Origin: Patescibacteria group bacterium
GTDB lineage: Bacteria; Patescibacteriota; Saccharimonadia; UBA4664
Assembly: GCA_028288925.1 (NCBI GenBank)
Contig: JAQGHG010000021.1
Location: 1 to 48,744 of the forward strand
Reading direction: 5' to 3'
DNA: 48,744 bases
The notes under the pieces were generated by a model that did not search any database, was not told where the DNA came from, and saw only the letters and a list, made by a program, of their open reading frames with translations. A program made the translations under genes and the position numbers. This document shows positions 34,826-44,045 of the stretch, piece after piece. How positions within the stretch are numbered: position 1 is the stretch's first letter; each line of letters opens with the position of its first letter.

Positions 34826-36124
34826 CTAATCGGTCGCTGAGGTCTCGGGCAGGGGCCGGCTCAGGAGGTCGATGGTGAGGGCGGCGCTCCAGGAGAAGTG
34901 ATTGGCGCCGAGGCCTTCGCCGGAAATGGGGTTGTAGTACTCGCGGAAGCCGAATTGGTCGGTGAGGCCGAGCGTGCGTAGGCGCAGCCAGTCGGCCTCC
35001 TCGGTGAAACCGTAGCGCTCGAGACCGACGATGACGAACCAGTTCATATTGATCCAGATGGGTCCGCGCCAGTAGCGTTTTTCCTCGAAGAACCGGCTGG
35101 TGGTGGGCACGGACGGCAACGGATGAGGGGTATTGAAGCCGCTCGCCACTAGCTGGTCGCGCAGCTGCCCGGCGCGGGCGAGTGAGGCGGTGCCGGCAAA
35201 GAGCGGCATGAACGTGGCTATGGTGGGCACTCGCAGGAGCTCGCCGGAACGGTAGTCGCGGCTGTAGTACTGCTGGGTTTGAGGGTCCCACAGCTGCTCC
35301 AGAGCCCGGCGCGTGGGGGCAAAGTGCCGGCGAAGATCCGGGGGGACTTCGCTGCCGGCCGCTTCGGCCAGGCGGTCGAGCGATTCGTTGGCGGCGGCCA
35401 ACACGCTGCAGAAGACCAGATCCTGCACTATCACGGCGGCGTGCTCCATGATGGCCCGGCTGTCGTATTGGTGCGCCTTCATGGTATACGCCAAGGTGAG
35501 CATGTGCTGGAGATCCCGGGAGGTGGCACGTTCCTCGGAGTGCACGCGCCGGTACTCCCGCAGCCAGCGCCATTTGAGTGGTGGCTTGGACAGTTGGTTC
35601 ATGGCCTCGGTCCAGTAGGGCGTGTCGTCCATGCCTGATTCCCAGGAGTGCAGGCTGACGGGCAGCCCGGTCTGCCGGGGATCGCGCTCGCGGTAGACCC
35701 ACTCGTGGAAGTGAAGGATGACCGGCAGCATGCGCCGGATGAAGATTTGCCGCTCCTTGGGCTCCAGGGCGTGCGCCACTTTCTCGACCGCGATGGCGAG
35801 CATGGGCGGCTGGGTGATGCCCGACGTGCGAGTGCCGGGCGGGGCCTGCCGGCCGGCACCCCAAGGTATGGCCTCTAGCCGGTATGGCCAGCGGGAGTTG
35901 TAGATCATGTGCGGCAGCATGCCGTTTTTCCACTGGCCGCGAGCCAGACTGGTGAGCTCTTTGGCGGCGCGGCGGGGATCGGTATAGGCCAGGCCGATGG
36001 CGATAAAGCAAGAATCCCAGAGCCACTGGTGCGGGTAGAGGTGGGGAGCCGGGCGGGTCCAGCCGCCAAGATCATTGCCGGCAAGGACGGCGGCGGCGCG
36101 GGTTTTGAGCGCTTGAGCGTCGAT
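34826..36124 (-). CDS. GH63/mannosylglycerate hydrolase-like (alpha/alpha)6 glycoside hydrolase; start uncertain
   Basis: YPHQWLWDSCF, GITQPP, HSWESGMDD, YWRGPIWIN.NW, FREYYNP..G.G...FSWSAA; the conserved N-terminus is in frame upstream of ATG 35920. Confidence 0.82.
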   Translation of the reverse strand: MDAQALKTRAAAVLAGNDLGGWTRPAPHLYPHQWLWDSCFIAIGLAYTDPRRAAKELTSLARGQWKNGMLPHMIYNSRWPYRLEAIPWGAGRQAPPGTRTSGITQPPMLAIAVEKVAHALEPKERQIFIRRMLPVILHFHEWVYRERDPRQTGLPVSLHSWESGMDDTPYWTEAMNQLSKPPLKWRWLREYRRVHSEERATSRDLQHMLTLAYTMKAHQYDSRAIMEHAAVIVQDLVFCSVLAAANESLDRLAEAAGSEVPPDLRRHFAPTRRALEQLWDPQTQQYYSRDYRSGELLRVPTIATFMPLFAGTASLARAGQLRDQLVASGFNTPHPLPSVPTTSRFFEEKRYWRGPIWINMNWFVIVGLERYGFTEEADWLRLRTLGLTDQFGFREYYNPISGEGLGANHFSWSAALTIDLLSRPLPETSATD

Positions 36125-36216
36125 GGTGAAATGTTTCCTGTTGTGCTTATTAGAGTAGCTTAAGCAGGAGCTTTATCACAATGGACTATCACGGTTATGC
36201 TACAATGTTAGTAACT

Positions 36217-38247
36217 ATGCGCATATCTGATGGTGAGCTCAAGAAGCTGTTGCTTGATTCGGGGTCGGTCAAAGAAGATGCCCTCAATGAAGCAGTGCCC
36301 AAAGAGGGGGTGAAAGAACCGCTGCAGACGATTGTGCTCAAGAAGAAGCTCATATCGGACAAAGATCTGGTGAAGCTGTACGCCAAGAGCATCGATGTGC
36401 CGTTCGCGGAGCTGGGCGATATCAAGATTCCGCGCGAGATTTTGCTGAAGATTCCGGAGCGGATCGCGCGCAAGTACCAGGTGGTGTTATTTGGGATCGC
36501 GGAAGACCAGCTGCAGCTGGCGATGGCCGATCCGGAGGATTTCCAGGCCGCGGACTTCATCACTAAACAGGTGGGCGGAAAGCTGCGGATTTATATCGCG
36601 ACGGCAACCGACATTTTGGCGGCGATCGACCAATATAAAGGCAATATTTCCAGCGAGATTACCAAGGCCATCAAGGACAGCAGCGAGGACGCGGCGACCG
36701 AGGAGAAAGTGTCGGCTAAGGATCTGGCCGAAGACGCGCCGATCGCCAAGACGGTGAATGTAATCCTGGAATACGCCGTGAAATCGCGGGCCTCCGACAT
36801 TCACATCGAGCCGCGCGAAAACATCGTGCAGGTGCGCTACCGGGTGGATGGCGTGCTGCGCGAGACTATGACCCTGCCTAAGCCAATCTTGGCCGCCGTG
36901 GTGAGCCGTATTAAGATTTTGTCGAACCTGAAGATTGATGAGCACCGGGTGCCGCAGGACGGGCGGTTTAAGTTTAGTCTGGGCTCGAAGCAGGTGGCGT
37001 TGCGCGTCTCGACCTTGCCGATTATGGACGGCGAGAAGGTGGTAATGCGCATCTTGGACGAGTCCACCCGGGCGCTCACTCTGGACGAGCTGGGCTTTAC
37101 CGGTCACGCGCTAGAGACGATCGTGCGCAACTTGCACAAACCGCACGGCATGACGCTCGTGACGGGACCGACCGGCTCGGGTAAATCCACTACGCTGTAC
37201 TCGGTATTAAGCATGCTCAATACGGCCGGCGTAAACATCTCGACGGTCGAGGACCCGGTAGAATACCGCGTGACAGGCGTGAACCAGACGCAAGTAAACC
37301 CCAAGGCCGGCATGACGTTTGCCAGTGGTTTGCGCGCGCTGCTGCGGCAGGACCCCAACATCATCATGGTAGGAGAGGTCCGCGACGGCGAGACGGCCGA
37401 CCTGGCGGTGCAGGCCGCGCTGACCGGGCACGTGGTGCTTTCGACCTTGCACACCAATAATGCCGCGACCACACTCCCCCGTCTGCTCGACATGGGCATC
37501 GAGCCATTTTTGATCGCCAGCACCGTGAACACCGTGATCGGCCAGCGCCTGGTGCGGCGACTATGTCCGACCTGCCGCCTGAGCTACGTTCCGGAGGGCG
37601 TGGAGCTCACCAATGTGAAGCGCGACTTCCAGCTCGACGCGGCGCTCAAGCGGTTTAACGCGCTCAAGGATTCGCCCCAGGCCGAGCTACCCAAGCTCGC
37701 GCCGGCGCCGGCCGCGGCTCCGCCACCCCCGCCGGTGGAGTTGATCGTGCCAACCGAGCACAAGAAAGGGCGGATTATTAATCCCGACCATGACATAGAG
37801 AGCGCCAAGAGTATTCTGGATAAGATCGCGGCCGACCCCAACATCATCAACCGCAGCGCGGCCGATGCCGGCAAGAAGCCCGCGGCTGGAGCTCCGGCGG
37901 TAGTGGCGTCGGTGGCGCCCGCGGCCCCCTCGTCGGCGCCCTCGCCCACCCCTCCTCAGCCGGCGCCTGATCCGAAGAGCTTGAAGACCGGCCAGTTTAT
38001 TCTCTACAAAGCAGGGCCGGGCTGCGACAACTGCGGCGGCGTGGGCTACCAGGGTCGCATGGGCATCTATGAGGTGCTTGAGGTCGACGACCCGGTCCAG
38101 AAAATGATTGTGGGCCATGCCACGGCCGATGATATCCAGATGGCGGCGGTCCGAAGCGGCATGCTTACGATGCAGCAGGACGGCTTTGTAAAAGCCTTGA
38201 TGGGCAAAACAACGATTGAAGAAATTTTAAGGGTAACGAGAGAATAG
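36217..38247 (+). CDS. pilB: Type IV pilus assembly ATPase (GspE/PilB)
   Basis: ASDIHIEP, GPTGSGKSTT, TVEDPVE, LRQDPNIIMVGEVRD, LTGH.V.STLH. Confidence 0.93.
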   Translation: MRISDGELKKLLLDSGSVKEDALNEAVPKEGVKEPLQTIVLKKKLISDKDLVKLYAKSIDVPFAELGDIKIPREILLKIPERIARKYQVVLFGIAEDQLQLAMADPEDFQAADFITKQVGGKLRIYIATATDILAAIDQYKGNISSEITKAIKDSSEDAATEEKVSAKDLAEDAPIAKTVNVILEYAVKSRASDIHIEPRENIVQVRYRVDGVLRETMTLPKPILAAVVSRIKILSNLKIDEHRVPQDGRFKFSLGSKQVALRVSTLPIMDGEKVVMRILDESTRALTLDELGFTGHALETIVRNLHKPHGMTLVTGPTGSGKSTTLYSVLSMLNTAGVNISTVEDPVEYRVTGVNQTQVNPKAGMTFASGLRALLRQDPNIIMVGEVRDGETADLAVQAALTGHVVLSTLHTNNAATTLPRLLDMGIEPFLIASTVNTVIGQRLVRRLCPTCRLSYVPEGVELTNVKRDFQLDAALKRFNALKDSPQAELPKLAPAPAAAPPPPPVELIVPTEHKKGRIINPDHDIESAKSILDKIAADPNIINRSAADAGKKPAAGAPAVVASVAPAAPSSAPSPTPPQPAPDPKSLKTGQFILYKAGPGCDNCGGVGYQGRMGIYEVLEVDDPVQKMIVGHATADDIQMAAVRSGMLTMQQDGFVKALMGKTTIEEILRVTRE

Positions 38248-38248
38248 T

Positions 38249-39469
38249 ATGGGCCAGTTTAGCTATAGTGCGCGCGACAAGTCCGGCAAGATCCAGAAAG
38301 GCAATTTGTTTGCCGGCGACCGGGCGGCGGCTTCGGCCAGCCTGACCGAGAAGGGGCTGACTCCTATCTTGGTGAAGGAAGCGGCTGGAAGCGCCAAGGG
38401 CGGCATCAGTACCATAGACAAGCTCATGGGCAACGGGCGAGTGAGCTTGCAGGACAAGGTAATCTTCAGCCGCCAGTTTGCCACCATGATCAATGCCGGC
38501 GTGCCGATTGTGCAATCGCTTAACATTTTGCGCGAGCAATCAGAGTCGAAGAAGCTCAAAATGGTAGTGTCGGATGTATCCAAGCAGGTCGAAGGCGGCT
38601 CCACCCTCGCCAACGCGCTGGCTTCGCACCCCGAGGTGTTTAACGCGATTTATGTAAACATGGTGAAGGCCGGGGAAGTCGGCGGTATTTTGGACCAAGT
38701 ACTCGACCGGTTGGCGACGCAGCAAGAGAAAGACGCCGAGATTATTTCGAAGGTGCGCAGCGCCATGATTTATCCGGGCGTCATTACCACCGCCACGGTG
38801 GGCGCCTTCTTTTTCCTGATGACCGTGATCGTGCCAAAGCTTTCGAGTATTTTTGAGGACGCCGGCGCCACGCTACCGATTTATACCAAGATTATGTTGG
38901 CTATCTCGCACTTCTTGGTACACGATTGGTTCTTTGTGATCGGCGGGACGGTGGCGCTCGTGGTTGGGTTTGTTCAGTGGCACAAGACCGAGAAGGGGCG
39001 CCGCACGATGGACCGGGCCATGCTGAAGGCGCCGGTCTTTGGGCCGATCTTGGTAAAGGTGAATATCGCGCGCTTTGCCCGTACTTTTGGCTCGCTGATG
39101 GCTTCGGGGATCTCGGTGCTGGACGCGATTAATTCTACAAGAACAGCACTGGGCAACTCGGTGTACCGCGACGAGCTGGCGGAGGTGGCGCAGAAGGTCA
39201 AGAACGGCCATCCGATGAGCGAGCATTTGCGCCAATCCAAGAATTTCCCGGCCATCGTGGGCCAAATGCTGGCGGTGGGCGAAGAGACCGGCCAGATGGA
39301 CGCGATTTTGCTGAAACTGGCCGAGTTTTACGAAAAAGAGGTCGATACGGTGGTAGCGGGCATCACCTCCATCATTGAGCCGATTTTGATTATTGTGCTC
39401 GGTGGCATGGTCGGGTTTATCGTGATCTCGGTGTTTGGCCCAATCTCGAGTATCGGCAACTCGGTTTAG
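38249..39469 (+). CDS. pilC: Type IV pilus platform protein (GspF/PilC)
   Basis: FSRQFATMINAGVP, AGEVGG.L, YP, GEETG, IEP. Confidence 0.93.
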   Translation: MGQFSYSARDKSGKIQKGNLFAGDRAAASASLTEKGLTPILVKEAAGSAKGGISTIDKLMGNGRVSLQDKVIFSRQFATMINAGVPIVQSLNILREQSESKKLKMVVSDVSKQVEGGSTLANALASHPEVFNAIYVNMVKAGEVGGILDQVLDRLATQQEKDAEIISKVRSAMIYPGVITTATVGAFFFLMTVIVPKLSSIFEDAGATLPIYTKIMLAISHFLVHDWFFVIGGTVALVVGFVQWHKTEKGRRTMDRAMLKAPVFGPILVKVNIARFARTFGSLMASGISVLDAINSTRTALGNSVYRDELAEVAQKVKNGHPMSEHLRQSKNFPAIVGQMLAVGEETGQMDAILLKLAEFYEKEVDTVVAGITSIIEPILIIVLGGMVGFIVISVFGPISSIGNSV

Positions 39470-39586
39470 AGATAAATGCTGCTGTTTTGGGGCGGAATGA
39501 TTGACACCTAACCGTAAGCACTTTATGATTTGAGCTAAGTAGAGCTCCAACGCTTTATCTATCAAATTTTAAGGAGGTGAGCACTC

Positions 39587-40024
39587 GTGTCCATTAAAAC
39601 ACTTAGGAAGCAAGGCGGATTTACGCTGCTGGAGCTCCTGATCGTGATCGTCATTATTGGTATTTTGGCGCTCTTGATCATCCCGAACATTACGTCCGCG
39701 CCCAAGAAGGCCCGTGACACCAAGCGCAAGACCGACATCACGACGGTTCGCAAGGGTCTGGAAGAGTACTTCGTAAACAATAACGTTTACCCAGCCGCTC
39801 TGACCGACTTGCAGACCGGCACGGCGCCGATTATTAAGGTTTTGCCGGCCGACCCGAAGAACACCGGCGTGTACGTCTACACCTACACCCCCGCTAGCGC
39901 GAACTCCACCTACACTCTCAAGGCGTGTCTGGAGAACGACCAGGACAGCGGCGCGAACACAGCTACCGACAGCACTTGTGGCAGCGCGACCGCGAAGAAG
40001 TTCGAAGTAGTCAACGGCAACTAG
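39587..40024 (+). CDS. Type IV major pilin, copy 1
   Basis: G|FTLLELLIVIVIIGILA prepilin motif; AGGAGG RBS; own terminator. Confidence 0.9.
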   Translation: MSIKTLRKQGGFTLLELLIVIVIIGILALLIIPNITSAPKKARDTKRKTDITTVRKGLEEYFVNNNVYPAALTDLQTGTAPIIKVLPADPKNTGVYVYTYTPASANSTYTLKACLENDQDSGANTATDSTCGSATAKKFEVVNGN

Positions 40025-40042
40025 TCCGCTCGCCTTCTTTTC

Positions 40043-40070
40043 AAAAAACGGCCCTCACGGGCCGTTTTTT
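40043..40070 (+). terminator. Intrinsic terminator
   Basis: AAAAAACGGCCC-TCAC-GGGCCGTTTTTT. Confidence 0.88.
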
Positions 40071-40133
40071 AAGTATTTGCAAAAAGAAGCATTAGCGTTA
40101 TAGTTATGCTAATTAAACAAATGGTGAGCACTC

Positions 40134-40577
40134 ATGTCTAAGGCAATATTAAGGAAACAAGGCGGCTTTACATTGCTCGAGCTGCTGATCGTGATCGTGA
40201 TTATTGGCATCTTGGCCCTGTTGATTATTCCGAACATCACCAGCGCGCCCAAGAAGGCCCGCGACACCAAGCGCAAGACCGACATCACGACGGTCCGTAA
40301 GGGCTTGGAAGAGTACTTTGTGAACAATAATGTATATCCGGCCGCCCTGACCGATTTGCAGGCCGGCACGGCGCCGATTATTAAGGCCATTCCGGCCGAT
40401 CCGAAGGGCGCCGCTCCGTACGTGTATACCTACACTCCGGCTAGTTCAAACACGACGTACACCCTATCGGCCTGCCTGGAGAACGACCAGGACAACGGAG
40501 ATAGTGTGATCGCGGCCTCGGGCAGCAACAACACCAGTTGCCCCGCCAAGGTCTTCCAATTGGTCAACGGTAACTAG
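40134..40577 (+). CDS. Type IV major pilin, copy 2
   Basis: Same prepilin motif; N-terminal half near-identical to copy 1. Confidence 0.9.
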   Translation: MSKAILRKQGGFTLLELLIVIVIIGILALLIIPNITSAPKKARDTKRKTDITTVRKGLEEYFVNNNVYPAALTDLQAGTAPIIKAIPADPKGAAPYVYTYTPASSNTTYTLSACLENDQDNGDSVIAASGSNNTSCPAKVFQLVNGN

Positions 40578-40597
40578 ATTCCGCCCGATACCTACCG

Positions 40598-40620
40598 ACG
40601 GAGCCCCCGGGCTCCGTTTT
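40598..40620 (+). terminator. Intrinsic terminator
   Basis: ACGGAGCC-CCCG-GGCTCCGTTTT. Confidence 0.75.
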
Positions 40621-40658
40621 AGGTTTGAGCGGTCAACCGTAAGCGGTATAATGCAACT

Positions 40659-42044
40659 ATGACTGATAATAATCGAGACGAGGGTGGGTTCACCCTTGTG
40701 GAGTTGGTGTTCGGAGCGGTGATCATGGCGCTGATGGTCGCGTCGATCGGCCAACTCTACCTTTCGAATATCAATACGGTCGTCCTGGGCAAGTCCCGGG
40801 CGATCGGTGTGGCGTTGGTAAACGAGAAGATGGAGAGCTTGCGCGACTTGCCTTACGACTCGGTAGCTACGCAGGGCGGTACAATCTATCCCCCCGGTAA
40901 CGTCCTTGATGACGAGATAGTGGTAAAGGATAACTTTAAGTTTAAGGTTCATACGGACATCAACTATGTAGACGATCCCTATGACGGCTACATCAGCTGC
41001 CCTTGCACCGGCGGGCCGGCGAACGGCAAACCGAAAGATTTGTATCCTTATGACTATAAGAAGGCCCAGATTACCGTGAGGCTGGTGTCTAGCGGAGCGG
41101 TAGTAGCCAGCGCTACGACCGACATCGCCGGCAAAGCGGCGGAGACGTCGTCGAATACGGGGATTTTGCAAGTAAAAGTGACGGATTCCAACGGCCAGCC
41201 CGTGATTAACGCCAACGTGACGATCGTAAACACAAATCCCACCCCGAACGTAAATATCACGACTACGACGGATAATCTGGGGATTGTGATGATCCCGAAA
41301 CTGCCGGCGGACTCGACCAATGGGTACCAAGTGACGGCGAGTCTGCCGGGTTATTCTACCGAAGGCACCATCCCGGATCCGGCAGGCGCGCAAACAGCCG
41401 TAAAGCAGAATATGAATGTCTTAGTCCAACAGGTGAATTCGATAACGTTGGCGATCGACCGGCTATCCACGTTGTACGTGCACGTGACCGATACGAGCGG
41501 TAGTCCGATAAATAGTTTAAACATTACGACCTTCGGGACTAAGCAGATAAAACAGAACCCAGTGGTTTATAAGTATTCGCAGGCCTCTTCTACGAACGCC
41601 ACAGGAGATATTACTCTACCGGCCATGGAATGGGATTCCTACAGCTTTACGGTGCCAAGCGGATATTATTTGGTGTCTAGCTCGCCATACGCGCCGGCGG
41701 CCCTTAGCGCTAATTCATCGGCTACGGTAAATTTGGTGGTGTCTACAAGCTCGGCGTGGCCAATAATTACGGCCGCTACGCCGCTTAGCCAGCAAACAGG
41801 CACAAACTCATTCACCATTAAGCTTACGGGCAGTAATATGCCGTCGAGCGCCGCGGTAAAACTCAAGAAGTCCGGCCAAAGCGACGTTACCGGCACCAGC
41901 TGTACGAGTACTGGCTCGAACCCCACTCAAACGCATACTTGTACTTTCAATCTCAGCGGGGCCGCGACGGGCGTGTGGGATATCGCCGTAACAAATGCGA
42001 CCGGTACGACTACTCAGACGGGAGGCTTTAATGTCACACCGTAA
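40659..42044 (+). CDS. Large minor pilin (PilV-like) with Ig/carboxypeptidase-regulatory-like domains
   Basis: G|FTLVEL motif followed by Thr/Ser-rich beta-sandwich repeats. Confidence 0.8.
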   Translation: MTDNNRDEGGFTLVELVFGAVIMALMVASIGQLYLSNINTVVLGKSRAIGVALVNEKMESLRDLPYDSVATQGGTIYPPGNVLDDEIVVKDNFKFKVHTDINYVDDPYDGYISCPCTGGPANGKPKDLYPYDYKKAQITVRLVSSGAVVASATTDIAGKAAETSSNTGILQVKVTDSNGQPVINANVTIVNTNPTPNVNITTTTDNLGIVMIPKLPADSTNGYQVTASLPGYSTEGTIPDPAGAQTAVKQNMNVLVQQVNSITLAIDRLSTLYVHVTDTSGSPINSLNITTFGTKQIKQNPVVYKYSQASSTNATGDITLPAMEWDSYSFTVPSGYYLVSSSPYAPAALSANSSATVNLVVSTSSAWPIITAATPLSQQTGTNSFTIKLTGSNMPSSAAVKLKKSGQSDVTGTSCTSTGSNPTQTHTCTFNLSGAATGVWDIAVTNATGTTTQTGGFNVTP

Positions 42045-42624
42045 GTATGCGAATCAAGGCGGCTACAGCCTCGTGGAACTATTGGTAGTAATAACACTCA
42101 CCATGGTTATTGCCGTCCCGCTCGTGATCTTCAGCTATAAGGGTCTGACTTCATACGAGTTTTTGCAGGCTCAGTCCAACACTTCGACCGAATTGAGTAC
42201 GCTGTCGCAGCGGATGGGTAAGGTAATCCGAGGAGCGACGACCGTATTAGACGCCCAGGCCAATACGCTTACAATTTACGGCTATTTTTCACCGCAAGAT
42301 ACGACGGTGAAGAAGATCCGATATTTTATTTCCGGCACCAACCTAAATATTGGCGTGACTCCCCCAACAGGGACCGCTCCAAACTACACTTACCCCGCGG
42401 CTGACGAGGTGGTCACTACCACGCGGGTCGACTTGGCCATGGGCTCGACGCCAATGTTTACCTATTATGATGATAGCGGGACCCAGCTACCTAATGGTTT
42501 TGCCGTCAGTCAGATTAAAGAAATTGGACTTTATGTGGCAGCTAATCCGCGAGTGAAGCAACTTTCGGTGCCGCTCTCGTTGACCACCCGGATAACATTG
42601 CGTAATTTTAAGACAAACCTATGA
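42031..42624 (+). CDS. Minor pilin (PilW-like)
   Basis: G|YSLVELLVV; GGAGG RBS before ATG 42031; C-terminal LRN. Confidence 0.8.
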   Translation: MSHRKYANQGGYSLVELLVVITLTMVIAVPLVIFSYKGLTSYEFLQAQSNTSTELSTLSQRMGKVIRGATTVLDAQANTLTIYGYFSPQDTTVKKIRYFISGTNLNIGVTPPTGTAPNYTYPAADEVVTTTRVDLAMGSTPMFTYYDDSGTQLPNGFAVSQIKEIGLYVAANPRVKQLSVPLSLTTRITLRNFKTNL

Positions 42625-43979
42625 GTCAGAAGACTATTACCTCACACCCCGCAGGCTTCATTATGCTGACGGTTTTGATCATGGCGGTTTTGCTGTCATC
42701 CTTGGGCATGATTGGCGCGCAGTTACTCATAAGTAACGCCCGCTTCAACCAATACGAAGCACGCAGCGTACAGGCGTTGAATGTGGCGGAAGCCGGTGTG
42801 AATTACTACCTTTGGCACTTAGCTCACAATTCGGCCGACTACAAAGATGGCGGCAGCACGCCAAACACCGCGCCGTACGGACCCTACGTACACAACTACT
42901 ACGATACGGACGGCAATTTATTGGGCACTTACACCCTCTATATTACTCCGCCCTCGAGCGGGTCGACGGTCGTGACGGTGAAGTCGATTGGGCAGGTCCC
43001 CCATTTTTCGGGAACACGCACAATCTTGGCCCAAGTGGGGCAGCCGTCGTTTGCCAGCTATTCATTTTTGACCGGTACAGAGGTATGGTTTGGCGCTAAT
43101 GAGACCACGATAGGGCCGGTATTCTCGAATGTGGGAGTGCATTTTGATGGTGTTAATAAGGGGCCGGTGTACTCCGCGCAGTCTACTTATAAACCAACTC
43201 CATCGTTCGGTGGAGACGGGAGCATACACAACGGCGTGTGGGGTAGCGGCGGCCCCAGTAGTCAATGGCAATATCCGGTGCCTAGCATCGATTTCTCTCA
43301 GGTGACGACCGACTTGCAAGCTATGGCCACACTGGCGGCCGCGGGCGGGGTGTCGCTGCCCAACTCGAACGGTCAGGGTTATTATTTGCTACTCAAGACC
43401 GACGGCACAGTGGACGTATACAAAGTAACAAACGAGACAAGCGCCGGCCTTACAAAATCATTCTTGTACAACAAAGCGGCACCCGGTAACGGTGTGTTCT
43501 ATGTAGCAGATAATGTATGGGTGGAAGGAACGAACTGGCCGGGCCGGATGACAATCGCAACGGCCCGCTTCCCCACCAATTCTTCGACGAATACGAGTAT
43601 TAATATTACGGGCAATATTACTTACCATGCTAAAGATGGCTCTAACGCATTGGGGCTGATCGCGCAAAAAGATATACATGTGGCTGACTACGCCCCGAAT
43701 ACCCTAGAGATTGACGCGGCGATGTTGGCCGAGAAGGGCCACGTCTGGGTAGACAGCAACGCGCCGGTGAAAACAGGGACAATTACCACGTATGGAGCAA
43801 TCGCGAGCTATGACTACTGGACATGGACCTGGGTGAACGGTTCAGGCGCCACGACGGCGGGATACCCGATAACGGTGACGAGTTTTGACTCAAACTTGAT
43901 TTATGCTCCCCCGCCGCAATATCCAACTACGGGGAATTACTCGGTGCTAAATTGGCGGGAGCAGCTGTATAATCCTTAG
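42621..43979 (+). CDS. PilX-like minor pilin with large C-terminal domain
   Basis: G|FIML lacking E5, ALNVAEAG motif, C-terminal WRE. Confidence 0.8.
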   Translation: MSQKTITSHPAGFIMLTVLIMAVLLSSLGMIGAQLLISNARFNQYEARSVQALNVAEAGVNYYLWHLAHNSADYKDGGSTPNTAPYGPYVHNYYDTDGNLLGTYTLYITPPSSGSTVVTVKSIGQVPHFSGTRTILAQVGQPSFASYSFLTGTEVWFGANETTIGPVFSNVGVHFDGVNKGPVYSAQSTYKPTPSFGGDGSIHNGVWGSGGPSSQWQYPVPSIDFSQVTTDLQAMATLAAAGGVSLPNSNGQGYYLLLKTDGTVDVYKVTNETSAGLTKSFLYNKAAPGNGVFYVADNVWVEGTNWPGRMTIATARFPTNSSTNTSINITGNITYHAKDGSNALGLIAQKDIHVADYAPNTLEIDAAMLAEKGHVWVDSNAPVKTGTITTYGAIASYDYWTWTWVNGSGATTAGYPITVTSFDSNLIYAPPPQYPTTGNYSVLNWREQLYNP

Positions 43980-44045
43980 CCCAGTTGTCAAAAACCCTGG
44001 GTTGCATGGTACAATTTTTATAATGGCTATGGTTATATTTAAGTA

